The position numbers and the translations under genes were made by a program. Shown in pieces: positions 12,684 through 25,660 of a stretch of DNA of 64,000 bases. Position 1 is the first letter of the stretch, and each line of letters starts with the position of its first letter. The notes below the pieces were generated by a model. It saw only the letters and a list, made by a program, of their open reading frames with translations. It did not search any database and was not told the origin of the DNA. Source of the DNA: Phaeosaccion multiseriatum (Eukaryota; Protista; Ochrophyta, other classes); assembly GCA_965112735.1 (NCBI GenBank), contig OZ218960.1, forward strand, positions 930,001-994,000. The letters run 5' to 3'.

Positions 12684-15514
12684 TCAATCACTTCGTTGCC
12701 TTAGTTGGCCTCTACAGTAGGCGATGCCCAGGTGTATGATTTCCGGGTCGTGATGCAGATGCTCCTCCCGCTGCGCCAGGCTACCCACCCGCCCTTGCTG
12801 CTTCACTAAGGCGAAGAGCAGCTGTGGAACAATGGACGAACAGACGGACGCGCGAAGGGAGGGAGGGCAAAAGGAAAGGCGAAGGAGAAAAGAGTGGGGT
12901 ATGTATGTGTGTATGTGGGGGGGGGGGGCAGAGACGCGTACGTAAGGGTAGCGAAGGGCGTCGCCCCAGCGCCACAGCCTCCCTCCCTCCCTCCCTCCCT
13001 CCCTCCGTCCCTCCGTCCCTCCGTCCCTTCCTCCCTCCCTCCCTCCCTCCCTCCGTCCCTCCGTCCCTTCCTCCCTCCCTCCCTCCCTCCCTCCCTCCGT
13101 CCCTTCCTCCCTCCCTCCCTCCCACCGTCCCTCCGTCCCTCCGTCCCTTCCTCCCTCCCTCACTCCCTCCCTCCCTTCCTCCGTCCCTCCCTCCCTTCCT
13201 CCCTCCCTCCCTCCCGTGCTTACCGGCGCATCCCCCCCCGTGAAGCACACTGAGCTCTGTGGCTCTCTGCTCCACCAGTCTTGTATGAAGCTCTCCAGCC
13301 CTGCCACTAGGCAGTGCACGACACCCGAGTGGATGGCGCCCTCAGTGCTTCTCGCCCACCTCTCCGGGAAACCAGGCTGTGTCTCCAAGTGCTGCTGCTG
13401 CTGCTGCTGTATCGCCGACTGCTGCTGCTGCTGCTGTTGCGAGTCCGCACCCTCCCCGACAGGAAGGGAGCAGGAGGTGGAAGGGTGAGTGTTAGGAAGC
13501 TGGGCAGTGTTGGCATTGAGCGAGAGGCACTGAAGGCGTATCCCCGGCAAGATGGAGCCTCCCACCAAGCTCGCGTGACGATCTGCAGCGGTGAAGGTCA
13601 AAGCGCTGCCGCAGTCCACGACCATCACCGGCCAGCCTCTGACACCAGGTAATGTGAGGCACGGTGGGGTAGCAAGTCAATGGGTGAGGGGCAATAAGTC
13701 AATGGGTGAGGGGCACTAGAGTGGGGGAGAGGTGGGTGGGGCCTCTTTTAGAGGGTAAGGGTGGGAGAGGTTTGGTGTGTTCTATCATACCGCATGCGCA
13801 TACACACACGCACGCACACACGCACACAGAGCGTTTTCAAGAGAGAAGAGCGCGCCTCTGCCCTCTGTTTGCTTCCAACGCGACTACTTGGGGAGAGGCT
13901 TGGCTGGAGTTCAGTACTCACTCGAGCAGACTCAGTGAGGACTCAATTGAGGACTCAGTCACGGCTCAGTCAGGACTCAAGCCAGAAACCAAGTCACAGG
14001 ACTCGACGGCCACATAAGATACCCACAGATGCCCAACGCACCACATCACACGCACCTCTTGACGCCCGCTCCGCGTACAGCCAACGCCCTGTCCACTCCC
14101 AGAGACGCGTACACACCGGCGAGCGCGTCTGCAGATGAGAGGCATCGCAGCGGCTGCAGAAGAGGGGCCGTGTTTGTGTCTGTGTCTATGCCTTTTTGTG
14201 TATGACCAACTGGTGTTCCCGCACCTGTATTACTAACTGCATTGACTATAACCGTATGACCAACTGCGGTGCCTGTATCTATACGTGGGCTCACCACAGG
14301 GCTGTCCTTCGCCCCCCCCGCACCTCCTTGGGCGTGTGCATTCTTGTTTACGCACCCTCCTTCTCGTTGTTGTTGATGGTGATGTTGTGGTTGTGGTTCT
14401 TGTGGTGATGATTGCTGTTGCTGTTGTTGTTGTCGTTGCCCTTCTTCATGTTCTTGTTCTTGCTGTTCTTGTTCTTGACCTTGTCTCTGTGGAGCAGGAG
14501 AGAACCTGCGCTGCCACCGCTGCGTCTCAAGGGGCACAACAGAAGCCACCAGCAGCAGCGAGGGGGCCATCACCAGGTGCCCGCCCAGGCACCCGACAGC
14601 CGTGGGCCTGAGGGGAGAGAGGCAGGAGGACAAGGGCGGGGAGGGTGATTGGAGGCTTTCGGCGCAGAGGCTGCGCGATTTAGGAGGCATCGGAGGGTGT
14701 CCTCGCCTTCACACAAAGGTTCCGTGGTGGCACAACGTGGGTCTTAAAAAAACAACCGATAGAGAGGGGGGGGGGGGGGTATGCTTGCCTGTCCTTGCAC
14801 GCCCTAGCTGCCCCGCTTAGCTATGCATCGCCTTCCATTATTCGTCAGCCTTCTCTCTCTCTCTCTCTCTCTCTCCTCTCCCTATCTTCTCCCCCTCGTA
14901 CGGAGCCAAAGCGTTGAAGCATCCCCACTGCACGCCCTTACCCGTCCGCGTCGTCTCCCCTCGCCCGCAGCAGCAGATTAATGGCTTCTTGCGGTTCCTT
15001 CCCGCCCTCTCTCAGACCCTCCAATACGGCCAGCGGCAGGCCTACGCCTTCCTCCCCAAAGGCTCTTGCCTTGCCCTCGGCGTAGAGCCGTGACAGGTGC
15101 GGCTGCTCGACAGGATGCCCACCGCACGCACACACATACATTCATGCGCCCATACGCATGCAGAGGGCAAGAAAGGGGGATGATCGGTGGTGGTGCCGGC
15201 ACAAGGGCGCAGGGAGGGAGGGGGGGAGGGAGCAAGCGACAGCACAGGTACGTACCGAGTCCCAGGAGAGGAGCGCGAGGGATCCAGACATGATCATCCA
15301 GTGCAAGCGGCTACGGCGAGGGACAGCAAAAGGGGGTCTATGGGTGAGAGAAGCGTTCATTTCTGGAAGGGAAGTCGTCCAGACAAGCCCCTCTTTGGAG
15401 GGAGGGTTTAGAGCAGTCTGAGAGCGCGAGAGTCGTGGTCTCAGTCACATATCACCTGTTGCCGATCATAAGGCTGAGCCAGATGTCATCCGCGCCATCT
15501 GCAGCAACAGCCAT
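12684..15514 (-). CDS. coaX: Type III pantothenate kinase (CoaX-like), multi-exon
   Basis: Exon 1 MAVAADGADDIWLSLMIGNS (ATG at 15514) joins RLHW. Later exons give LLVASVVP, YASLGVDRALAVRGA, VVDCGSALTFT..GGSILPG..SLNANTAQLP, RWARSTEGAIHSGV, VCFTGGDA and DPEIIHLGI, all characteristic of type III PanK. Stop at 12684-12686. Confidence 0.88.
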
Positions 15515-15731
15515 CCCCCGAAAAAGGGTCTCCTGAAGGACAGCGAGGATCGATCAATTAAAAAAAGTGAGTAAGCGTGTTCCTCATTCGAATCCGCCAT
15601 CTGTGTCGACGTCGTTGTGTGTGTGGTGGTTAACATCATTGATACAATTGTAAGATACCTGACTAGATTCATAGGACAGGTGGAGAAGCTCTTTAGATAC
15701 CCACCCTTTCCTCCATTATCAGCACAACTCG
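15515..15731. promoter_or_regulatory. Probable bidirectional promoter between coaX-like (-) and PHGDH (+)
   Basis: Only ~217 bp separates the divergent start codons, and the interval is more AT-rich than the flanking exons. Confidence 0.55.
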
Positions 15732-16817
15732 ATGGCGTTCTCGCGCCGAGCCCTCGACGCGGCCAGCAAAGGGCTGAGAAGACACGTGGGCAGCAGATGC
15801 CAGCAGGGAAAGAGGGCAGCGGGGGCAGAGAGAGCGGGACGAGCAGGACTGAAGAGCGGGAGGAGATCCTTCCACTCCACGCCCGCGGTGGAGGCCCGCA
15901 TCTTGTGCCTGGACAACATTGATCCGGTACGTGTGGCCCTGAACGGGGACAGCGCTCAAGGGACGTTATGCGGAGTCTGATTATGGGAGAGAGGGCCGTC
16001 CTTAGGGGATGTTGGGTCATCAGGAGGGTTGGATTTGTTGCTTTGGCTGCTCTACTCTACAGCGCTTGCTATGCTTTCTTTATGATCTGCTGTAATATAA
16101 GGGTTCGGCAAATCCGAAGGGAACGCAACAGCTTAAGCCCGTTTCCTCTCCTTTCTGTCTCCATTTCCCCCCCTTGTCTCTCAGGTATGTGTGGATATCT
16201 TCCAGGACCGAGGGCACGAGGCGGATGTGCGCAATGGGCTGTCAGAAGAAGAGCTCATTGGCATCATCGGAGACTATGATGGCATGGTGCTTCGCTCAGC
16301 AACCAAGGTGAGGAGTACGTAGGGAAGACTACGAGACCTGAGAGAGAAAAAGGGAGGGAGGGCGAGGGAGAGAGAGAGAGAGCGATGTGGGAAGCTGGGA
16401 CAGCGCAGCCCTTCGACACGTGGGGAAGGGAGGAAGGAAGGGGGGCGAAGAAACAATGATTGTAACACTATTTGGTCTTGCCAGGGTTTGAGTCTCCGCT
16501 TTTCTCTCCTCACGGAGATGATTTGTGTGAAGATTCGCCCAAAGGGGAGACCCTGTATTTGACAGTGAAGAACATTTAGCGACCATACTCTATGAGTTTC
16601 CGGACCCCCCCCCCGCCCTGTGCCTGTATACACTTGTACCACCTCCCTTGTCACATCTGTTGGGCATTCGCTTCTCTGAGGAGGGACTTGGCTAATTCAT
16701 TGCATATCACCTCTTTCTCCTGTCCGCCTGTCCACCCCCGTCCCAACTGTCTTGCGTCTGTCTCTTGTCTCTGTGGCGTGCGCTGCTGCTGGCTGCTGTG
16801 CAACCCCCCTACCATGC

Positions 16818-16848
<31 letters not shown>

Positions 16849-19800
16849 GCACACCCCACAACGAAACCAGGCCACCCCCGCACTCCTCGCGCACGCCACC
16901 AACCTCAAGGTGATTGGGAGGGCAGGAGTGGGCATCGACAACATCAACGTACCCGAGGCCACTCGCAAGGGCATCATGGTCATGAACACGCCCGGAGGCA
17001 ACACCGTGTCCACTGCTCAGCTTGCCCTCACCCTGTTGTGCACGTGTGCGCGTCGCTTGGCCGAGGCCGACATGACGATGAAGGCGGGGCAGTGGGAGCG
17101 AAAGGCGCTTATGGGGACTGAGATGAGCGGCAAGGTGCGTGTGTGTGAGTGTGTGAGTTGTGAGTGTGTGTGAGTGTGTGTGTGAGTGTGTGTGTGAGTG
17201 TGTGGGTGGGTGTGGGTGTGTGTGGGTGTGTGTATGCGAGGGAGGGGACGTGGGAGAAGGAGGCAGGGGGGGGGGTGGGTGGAAACTCAACTCACACCGT
17301 TCCTGTTTTACGTGTTTTAGATGTCCGGAGTACGACAGAGTAAACGCACGCCCGCCATCTCTACTCACGTGTTTGATTGGCCACCCCCTCGCCGACTGCT
17401 CTGTGCCGCTCCTCCCCCTTCCTCCTCTCCTCTCCTCTTCTTCCTCCTCCTCCTCCTCCTCCTCCTCCTCCTCCTCCTCCTCCTCCTCCTCCTCCTCCTC
17501 CTCCTCATCCTCCTTATCATCCTCCTCCTCCTCCTCCTCCTCCTCCTCCTCCTCCTCCTCTATCACCTATTTTGGCAGACGATTGCGATTGTTGGATGCG
17601 GAAGGATAGGGCTGACTTTGGCCAAGTAAGTCTGACAGAAAGAGAGGAAGAGTGAGAGAGAAAGAGAGGGTGGGGGGCTGCTGTACCTGCTTCTTTTGCT
17701 GCGCCGCATGGGGGCATGGAGGCCTGGGGGTGGGTGCCTTGCGGACTAGAAATACACGAGTCTTTTGGGGTTGGGCTGGGTTGGGTTGGGTTCGTGGGTT
17801 GGTTGTGTGCTGGGTCGTGACCACCACCATTCTGTTCCGTTCCGTTCCGTTCGTTTCCCTTATGATGAGCCTGTTGCTAGATACAACGGGTAACACCTAT
17901 GGGTTCTCTGATTCTAATTGATGAGACCTCCATCGCTAGTAGAAACACAAATCTTCTGATGGGGATATGCACGGATAGGTGCGGATGAGTGCGGATGCCC
18001 GGCACTTTTCGAAAACTTCAACTTACGACTGACTAAGAGAAGTGGGGGCGTGTGTGAGTGTGTGCTGCTCTGCACCTCTTCTCACCCTTTCTCCTCTTTC
18101 TGTCTGTTCCACCTTCGACCTCTCCCTCCGCCCCACCCCTCTGCATGTGTATCTACCTACGTACCTGCCTACTTCCCTTCCTCCTTATTACCTACCTACC
18201 TACCAATCTACCTACCCACGTACCTACCTACCTACCTGCCTACCTACCTTCCTACCTACGTACCTACCTACCTACCTGCCTACCTACCTACCTACCTACC
18301 TACCCGCCCACCTGCCTACTTGGCTGCCTACTTGCCTGCAAGGTGGGCGAACGGAATGGGTATGCGTGTGATCGGCTACGATCCCGTCCTGTCCAAGGAG
18401 GCGGCAGATGAGGTGAGTGAATGACTGAGAGACTGAGTGATTCATTGAGTGATTGAGTGATTGAGTGAGTGACTGATTGACTGAGTGAGTGAGTGAGGGA
18501 GGGAGTGAGTGAGTGAGTGAGTGAGTGATTGAGTCACTGGGTGGGTGAGTGATTGAGTGAGTGAGTGAGTGAGTGAATGCGTCAGTCAAGTCATGACTAT
18601 ATAGCTCGGAAGGGCTTTAAAGCTCTAAACCTTCAGGGAGGGGGGAGAGGAAGGGAAGGAGAGGGTTGGGATTACGGTTGTTGGTTGGCGCACGCACTCA
18701 CACTCCTATGTCGACCTCGACTTTCCTCCCGGGACTGTACTTGCTGTATGCCTCCATCCAGATGGACATTGAGCTTGTGGACCTGGAGGACATGTGGCCC
18801 CAAGCGGACTTCATCTCTCTGCACACGCCCCTCACGGACGACACCAGGAACCTCGTCAACGACGACACCATCGCCAAGGTATGTCACGGCACTGTACTGC
18901 ACGGCACTACCCAGTTTGGCACGGCACGGCACTACCCGGTTTGGCACGGCACGGCTCGGTAGTGGCTCGGTATTGGTTCGCTGTTGGCTGGCTCGGTGTT
19001 GGTGTGTTGGGCTCAGGGCTATGGGATGTGGATGCCGCGTTTGTGTCGAGTTTGGCTGTCGTGGGGTGTGGATGCGCTGTTTGGATGAGGCTGTTGGTTG
19101 ACCATGTACCATTTATTCGCTGGCATTAGCCTTTACTCACTCACGCACTCACACGCGCACACTCTGCACGCACCCGCATCAAGTTCATGACTAACGAACA
19201 AACACGCCACCAATCCACTTCCTCTACCTACCATTACGTACCATCACATGTGCATGGAGCAGATGAAGGACAAGGCGATCATTGTCAACTGTGCCCGAGG
19301 GGGCATCATCGAGGAGGCGGCCCTGCTCAGAGGCCTCGAGTCAGGCAAGGTGAGAGAACGGGACTCGACCCGAGAAGAGGGGCTGGGGGGCGCGCTGCCT
19401 GCCCTGTTTCGTTCTGAATTCCGCACAATCACTCTGTCCCCTCACCCCACCCTCCCCTCTCCCTCGCCGCCCGTCCTCCCTCCCTCCCCCTCCCGTCTCC
19501 TCCTCCCAGATCGGCTCAGCGGCTCTGGACGTGTACAGTAAAGAGCCCCCCCCCGAGAGCTCTGCTGAGCTGATCCAGCACCCTCGTCTCGTGTGCACAC
19601 CGCACCTCGGAGCATCCACAGAGGAGGCCCAGGTTAGTTATTACAGGCACAGCAGTTGGTGATACGGCACAACTTTCGTTGACTTCATTGACCACTGTAC
19701 AGAGAGGAGGAGCGGCAGGGATAGTGTAGAATGCGAGCTCTCCCTATCTCCCTCCCTCTCTCTTGGCTGCCGTCTCAATTCTTCCTCCGCATCTCTCTCT

Positions 19801-20535
19801 CCGCCCGAATAAGTGCATCCCCACCCACACACTCACACCCCCGCCCATCCACCCACGTTTGCCCTTCCCTTACGTATGTCGTTACGTACATATGTATGTA
19901 TATAGGTGAATGTGGCGCGTGACGTGGCGGTGCAGATGTGCGACATGCTGGAGGGCAAGGACTACGTTGGAGTGGTGAATGTGTCTTACATGAGCATGGC
20001 CAACGACCCGGAGATCAAACCCTACCTTAAGCTGGCAGAGCTGGTGCGTGATGAGCAGGGGATGGTAGTGGATGGTAGGGGATGGTAGGGGATGGTAGTG
20101 GATGGCATTGGTCACACATTATCTGATCGACGGACTCACTGCCCCTCACTTTGTCTCGTCGTCACTATTCGGAACCGTCTCTGTCCCCCCTCTCCGATGG
20201 CTGTGCTCGTTCAGATCGGCAAGATGGCGAGCCAAACCGCGGAAGGCGATGTGGCGTCGGTGACGCTGCGCACGTACGGAGGAAAGAAGAAGAGCATCGA
20301 GGGAAGTCAGGCACGCCAGGTGCTGCAGGCACAGGTCAGTCACTTGTCACTCAGTCAAAGCAAAGAATTCGGCGGTCAGTCAGGACAGGCAGTCAGTCAC
20401 CCCCCCACCAACCTTCCCAGGTCTTACCCCTTGTTCTGTTGAATGCTTTTATTCTATTGTTACCTGCCTTTGTCCTCATGTCCTGTCCTGTCTGTTCTCT
20501 GTTGTGATCTGTCTGCTGTGCTCTCTCTCTCCCTC

Positions 20536-20582
<47 letters not shown>

Positions 20583-20637
20583 TTTTTCTGTCCTGTTGTG
20601 TCCTCTTGTGTATCGCAATGTTCTCGTTGTGGTATAT

Positions 20638-20676
<39 letters not shown>

Positions 20677-21589
20677 TGCCGTCTGTTCCGTCCTCAGATG
20701 CTCAAGGGTTTCATGCAGCACATCCCCGGGGTGGCCGCGGAGCCCTCCCTCATCAACGCGCCCTTCCTGGCGCAGGTGAGCGCCCTTACTTTAGCCCTTA
20801 CGTAATGGTAGTGGTAGTCTCATGTCAGGCTTCCTTCCCCACCCCACTTCGTTCTCACCTCTAATCCGCACCTCCCCGCCCACCCCTCCTCCCCGTTCCC
20901 TCCACTGCCATCCATCTCTCTGTGAACCCTCTACAGGAGGCCGACATTGAAACGTCTATTGACGACAAAGTCCACTCCAAGCTCCTCTCCTCCCCCTACA
21001 CCAACATCACCACCGTGGACGTGAAGATGCGGGGGGGGGGCAAGCTCAGCATTAGTGGCAGCGTGTTCGGGGACGTACCCACCATTGTTCAGGTCGACAG
21101 TTACAAGGTAAGAAAAGACGCGTATCACCTTGCTTGCTTCTTCCTTGCGTGCTTGCTTGCTTGGGTGGTACGTTTGTCTTTCGTTCGTTCGTTTCCTTTT
21201 TTTGTGTGGAATAAGCTCTGTTTTGCTCGCGTTTTGTTCTTGTGAGCGGACTCCCTCCCACTCCCTCATTTGCTTGCGTATTCCACCCCAACCTAACATA
21301 TTATGCCCCCCACCCCACCTCCACTTTCCCTCAGTCTTTCCCCGCCTTCCAACCGGAGGGCCACCTTCTGACGTTCCGTAACGAAGACCGCCCCGGTGCC
21401 GTCAGTGAGGTACTCAAGCTGCTGGAGGGCTGTGGTGTCAATGTCGGTCGACTGCACATGGGTAGACAGGCCGGCGAGAGGGCCATGTGTCTGCTGGCGT
21501 TGGATGAGCCCCCACCCGATGATGTGGTGAGGGAGCTGCGGGCGCTTGCCTCCCTGGACAACGTCAAAGTGTGCAACCTTGTGGTGTGA
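15732..21589 (+). CDS. serA: D-3-phosphoglycerate dehydrogenase (type I, intervening + ACT domain), multi-exon, with an N-terminal presequence
   Basis: Exons give RILCLDNIDP, DYDGMVLRSATK, LKVIGRAGVGIDNINVPEATRKGIMVMNTPGGNTVSTAQ, IAIVGCGRIG, VIGYDP, ADFISLHTPLTDDT, IIVNCARGGIIEE, AALDVYSKEPP..HPRLVCTPHLGASTEEAQ, and the ACT domain NEDRPGAVSEV..GVNVGRLHMGR. Stop at 21587-21589. Confidence 0.95.
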
Positions 21590-22293
21590 GCACATATCAT
21601 GTATGCATGCATGTGTGTGCGTTACTATGACGGGGCTGAGAGGCAAGGGGGTGAGAACAGGGTGGTGTGTAAGCACGTACAGCATCACATCAAGGAGTGC
21701 CAATCCTCCGCTTGGGTCCGATCGGGGGGGGGGTGAGGGGAGAAGGGGTGGTGGTGACAGCTGTGGGGTGGGCAGGCAGTGGTGGAGTGGGGGTGGCGGG
21801 GCGATTGGGGACGTTGTTCTGTACCTCAGCTCTGTTGAGGCCTTAACATTTTTGTAGGAGAGGCAAGGGTAGGAATAATGCTTGTGAATGTGAAATTTAA
21901 ATTTTTTTGTTACACAGTAAAAGTGGGAGGGAGGATTGGGTGGCGCCCGAGGGAGGGAGGGAGGCAGGAAGAGGGAGAGAAAGGAGGGAACGAGGGGATG
22001 GGGGGAAATGCTCACCGCACGCACGCACGCACGCACGCTCCTCCTTTTACTGCCCTGCTGGATCTGATGGACCCCACAGGGTGACTGGCTCGCCTGATAT
22101 AACAAGTTGGCGGAGAAGTTATACATCTTATCCGGGCCGCGAACAGATGCCCAATATCAGGCCCGACGCAGATATCTTCATCATCTCATCCCCCTTTTTT
22201 TACAGACTGACACTTGCTGCCTCTTCCGTGTACCGCCCAGGCGCTCTCTGAAGTCGCACACAGATGGTGCTTACATCTTTCCTGACTGGCACA

Positions 22294-22363
<70 letters not shown>

Positions 22364-22381
22364 AACACACACACACACTCG

Positions 22382-25049
22382 TGTTTGTTTTTCGACCGTC
22401 TATACAACGTAATGAGGTGAAACTGAATCTGAGCACTTGAATCCCCCCTCAGCCCTACTATCGTACGACGCCTGTCACACGGCGTATGCGAATGCCTATA
22501 GTCATCACATGTCAGGTGACCCAGGAGGGAGGCCGACCCAGAGGGAGAGAGAGAGAGCATACCCATAGTACTATCGAAAACTAGGCCGATACGACACAGC
22601 CAGCCACGTCTGGCTGAGCGGAGTATTCGAGAGGCGTCTCCACTCACGGCTTTTAGTTCACTCTGGGGCGGACGGAGAGCAGGAGCATCAGCAGTGCTGG
22701 CAGGAGCATCAGCAGTGCTGGCACCTGCCAAAGGGAATGTACGCAAGGGGTAGCCAGGGGGGAGGGACAGAGGAGGGCAGGCACACAGCCAGCCACACCC
22801 GCATGCATTGTTGAGATAAATCGATGTCGACACTGATATCGATCTCTATATCGCCGTTACATATCCGATCACTCCTATGCTAACATGGTGTAGCTAATAA
22901 GACGCTTTCCCACAACCCGTGCAAGTACGACGCTAGTCTCCAGAGAGGGAGATATCCCAACACGACAATTGTCGTTGGAAATCTAGTGATCACTAGTGCG
23001 GCAGTGGTCGTAAAACACGTTAACGGGAGCAAGGTCTTTAAGCGCCAGATACTCGGGAACTAGTCTGTCGTGCTACGTTGAGCATGACGGACCGACAGCT
23101 CTCGAGGCAGGAGGCAATCCGTAGAGTACGAGAGATGCAGCTTACGGAACAGAGGATGAAACTTGAGGAGGAAGAAAGGCGGGAGAGGCAAAGGACAGAG
23201 ACTGCTCCTCCGCGTACCTATGACCTGCGTGTGCGGTCTAGGCTTGACTACTCCCAACTTCATCTGAATGGGTCGCGAGGCGCCCCTATGGGGCCCGTGA
23301 CGGATAAACCCCAGCGAGCAGCAGCGGAGTATGTTTCTCCTCCTCGCAGGGGAAGTGATGGTGGTGGCAGGGCATTTTCGCCTGTCACGCCTGGCAAGAT
23401 TTCTATTTCTACTCCTGCGGTAAATCGGAATGATTCGGTGGATACGCTCCTGAGTCACCCAGCGTTAGACGATGCGTCTCGACAGGCTTTGCGGGTTATG
23501 CTCTTGCGTACTACTGTAGCTGCCGAGGAGGAAGAGAATAAGAAGCGCTCAGCAGCTTTTGGCTCTGAGGCTGATGAGTCTGGTGATGATGAGGTTCGGT
23601 CACCGGATTTGACTGGAGTTGGGGGCAGCGGTGTCCCTATAGCGCGTTCGGCAACGGCTGGGCATGAGAGCGATGAGGCACCTGGTGTGACAGCCTCTGC
23701 TCTCGGTGTTGGCCCTGTGTCTGGTGGTGCTGCCGTGGCCGGCGGTGTACAAGAGGAGGAGGAGGACCTCCTTGCTCTGCTCCAGCACGCCCATGCCAAT
23801 GCACATAGTAAGTGGGCTCAGCTGCGGCAGACGGCTTTGAATGGTGGAGCTAAGTTCGAGCTCCGAGGAGATAAACCTACGGCCTTGAACTTTCGTCGGC
23901 ACGAAGATGAGTGGAGCACTTTGCTCAACAGCATCAGCCTTCGGTTCATGCTGGAGGATCCGAAGATGGTACCTACCCTTGCCATGGCAGAGCTCGACGA
24001 CAACTTGAGTAACGTGTATTACCTCTTTTCTCAAGTGGTGCAAAAGGTCATCAAGTCTTTCGGGAGCAAGCCTGTGCAGGAGGCACTGCAGGAGGTTGCC
24101 CGCAACGGAGGGACTCTGCAGGACATCTTCAAGCATGCTCGGGACCGTCTGATCGGAAAGGGGGAAGCTTCGACCGCTAATCGTCTCCAGAAGGAGTACT
24201 TGGACCTGCGGATCACGGATAAGCGCCCCCCCACTCAGCTGTACAAGGAGATGCTACAGTACCGCCTGCTTTTGCAGGAGTACGGTATTGCAATGACTGT
24301 CGGTGCTGTTACTGTCAACTTCCTCGAGCGCCTGCCCGCGGTTCTCTTCCACTTCAAGGAGGCCTGGCGGCGCACAGCGATGGGCATCACGGACCCTACG
24401 GAATTTCAGTCCGACCTCTGGACCACAGAGGAAGCCGCTGCTGAGTCTATTCGACAGGGTGCCGGAGGTGGCGCTCCCCCTATCCTCGCCTTTCCAGGAG
24501 GCAGGGGGGGGGGTGGTGGTGGAGGTGATCCTCCTCGCCCTCCCCCACGTCGCTGCCATCTTTGCGGCAAGTTTGATCACCTCTCTGACAAGTGCCCTAC
24601 CGGCCGTGTCTGCTTCACTTGCGGCTCCTCTGACCACATCTCGACCGATGAGAAGTGTCCCAAGTACGCGGACAGGAAGAAGAAAAGGGGAAAGAAGGCG
24701 CAGCAGAAGAAGCAGCAGACTGAAGAGGAAGGGGGCAACGAAGGTAGTGGTGCCTCTCCTCTGAAGAGCAGCCTCAAGAACGGTGCAGCCGCTCCGGTCA
24801 TGGCCGCCCCTGCCCAGGGGGAGACGGAGGAGCGTGCGGTGAATTGGGGGGCTGTAGGTCTCTGTGGCGTCTGCCTGTCTGTAGCGGCGCCGATAGAGTC
24901 TGATGACTCTACCGAGACGTGGGTGGTGGACAGCGGCGCGTCATGCAATCTTACCAAAGACATCACCGCCGTCCAGAACATCATCGAGCGCACACACGAG
25001 CTTCGAGCTACCGCGGGTGAGGGTTTCGTAACGGTTACAGCCCGTGCAC

Positions 25050-25089
<40 letters not shown>

Positions 25090-25112
25090 TCACCCACACA
25101 CACACACACACA
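22382..25112 (+). mobile_element. 3'-truncated Ty1/Copia LTR retrotransposon (putative 5' LTR ~22382-22885, gag and start of protease)
   Basis: Intronless gag-protease ORF. An upstream segment begins TGTT (~22382) and ends AACA (22885), immediately followed by TGGT (PBS-like). The element is bounded on both sides by (CA)n tracts. There is no integrase, RT or 3' LTR. LTR limits are tentative. Confidence 0.7.
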
Positions 25113-25168
25113 CGCCGAGTATTCTAGACGTTGAGAGCAAGGATTTTAAAAGAGGGGAGGGGGTATAA
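23078..25168 (+). CDS. Copia-type Gag-protease polyprotein fragment
   Basis: 696-aa intronless ORF with two CCHC zinc knuckles (CHLCGKFDHLSDKC, CFTCGSSDHISTDEKC) and the Copia aspartic protease motif WVVDSGASCNLT. The ORF runs into a CA microsatellite at ~25046. Confidence 0.85.
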
Positions 25169-25660
25169 AAAGGTGCCTCTACAGAAACTGCGCGAGACAC
25201 GAATAGTGGTAGTTCTTCACATTCTCGCCGCGTGACTTCGGGTGATGCGGCACACCTGCGGCCCCGTGTTTAACAACCTGTGTTCAACAAGAAGCCCAGA
25301 AGCCACGAGAAAAAATCAATTCGGGGAGGCTTGACTACAAAGAGTCAAAGAGTAGGCCACTGGTTTCCGAGGCCGGGGTCCTCGACAGAATTGAGGTGCC
25401 TCCCGTATTCTCGATATCTATTCCCCCTTCGGGCATGACGGTTTCAGGCCTCTCTATGTCAGATTTCGGGCCTCTCTGTTCATCTTCGCGCCATTTCGCC
25501 AATATATGAGAGTAGGAAGAGGGCTGAGCCAAGATTTCAAGCCTCCAAAAAAAAATTTGATGTTTGCTTTCCCAGCAGCATCCTTCTAAGATGAGGATGA
25601 GGATGTCTACGGCGTTTATCACAACACACTTTAGCGTCTTGACAGCAGCCTATTGCTGTC

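Noticed and set aside
2100-13275. Many ORFs of PSLP/EGGR/THSL/HT/polyE/polyS type
   Set aside because: Translations of intronic microsatellites with no independent coding signal.
542-21589. Bacterial contamination or a prokaryotic operon (uvrD, coaX, serA)
   Set aside because: All three genes are split by spliceosomal GT-AG introns of the same style as DLD and TCTP.
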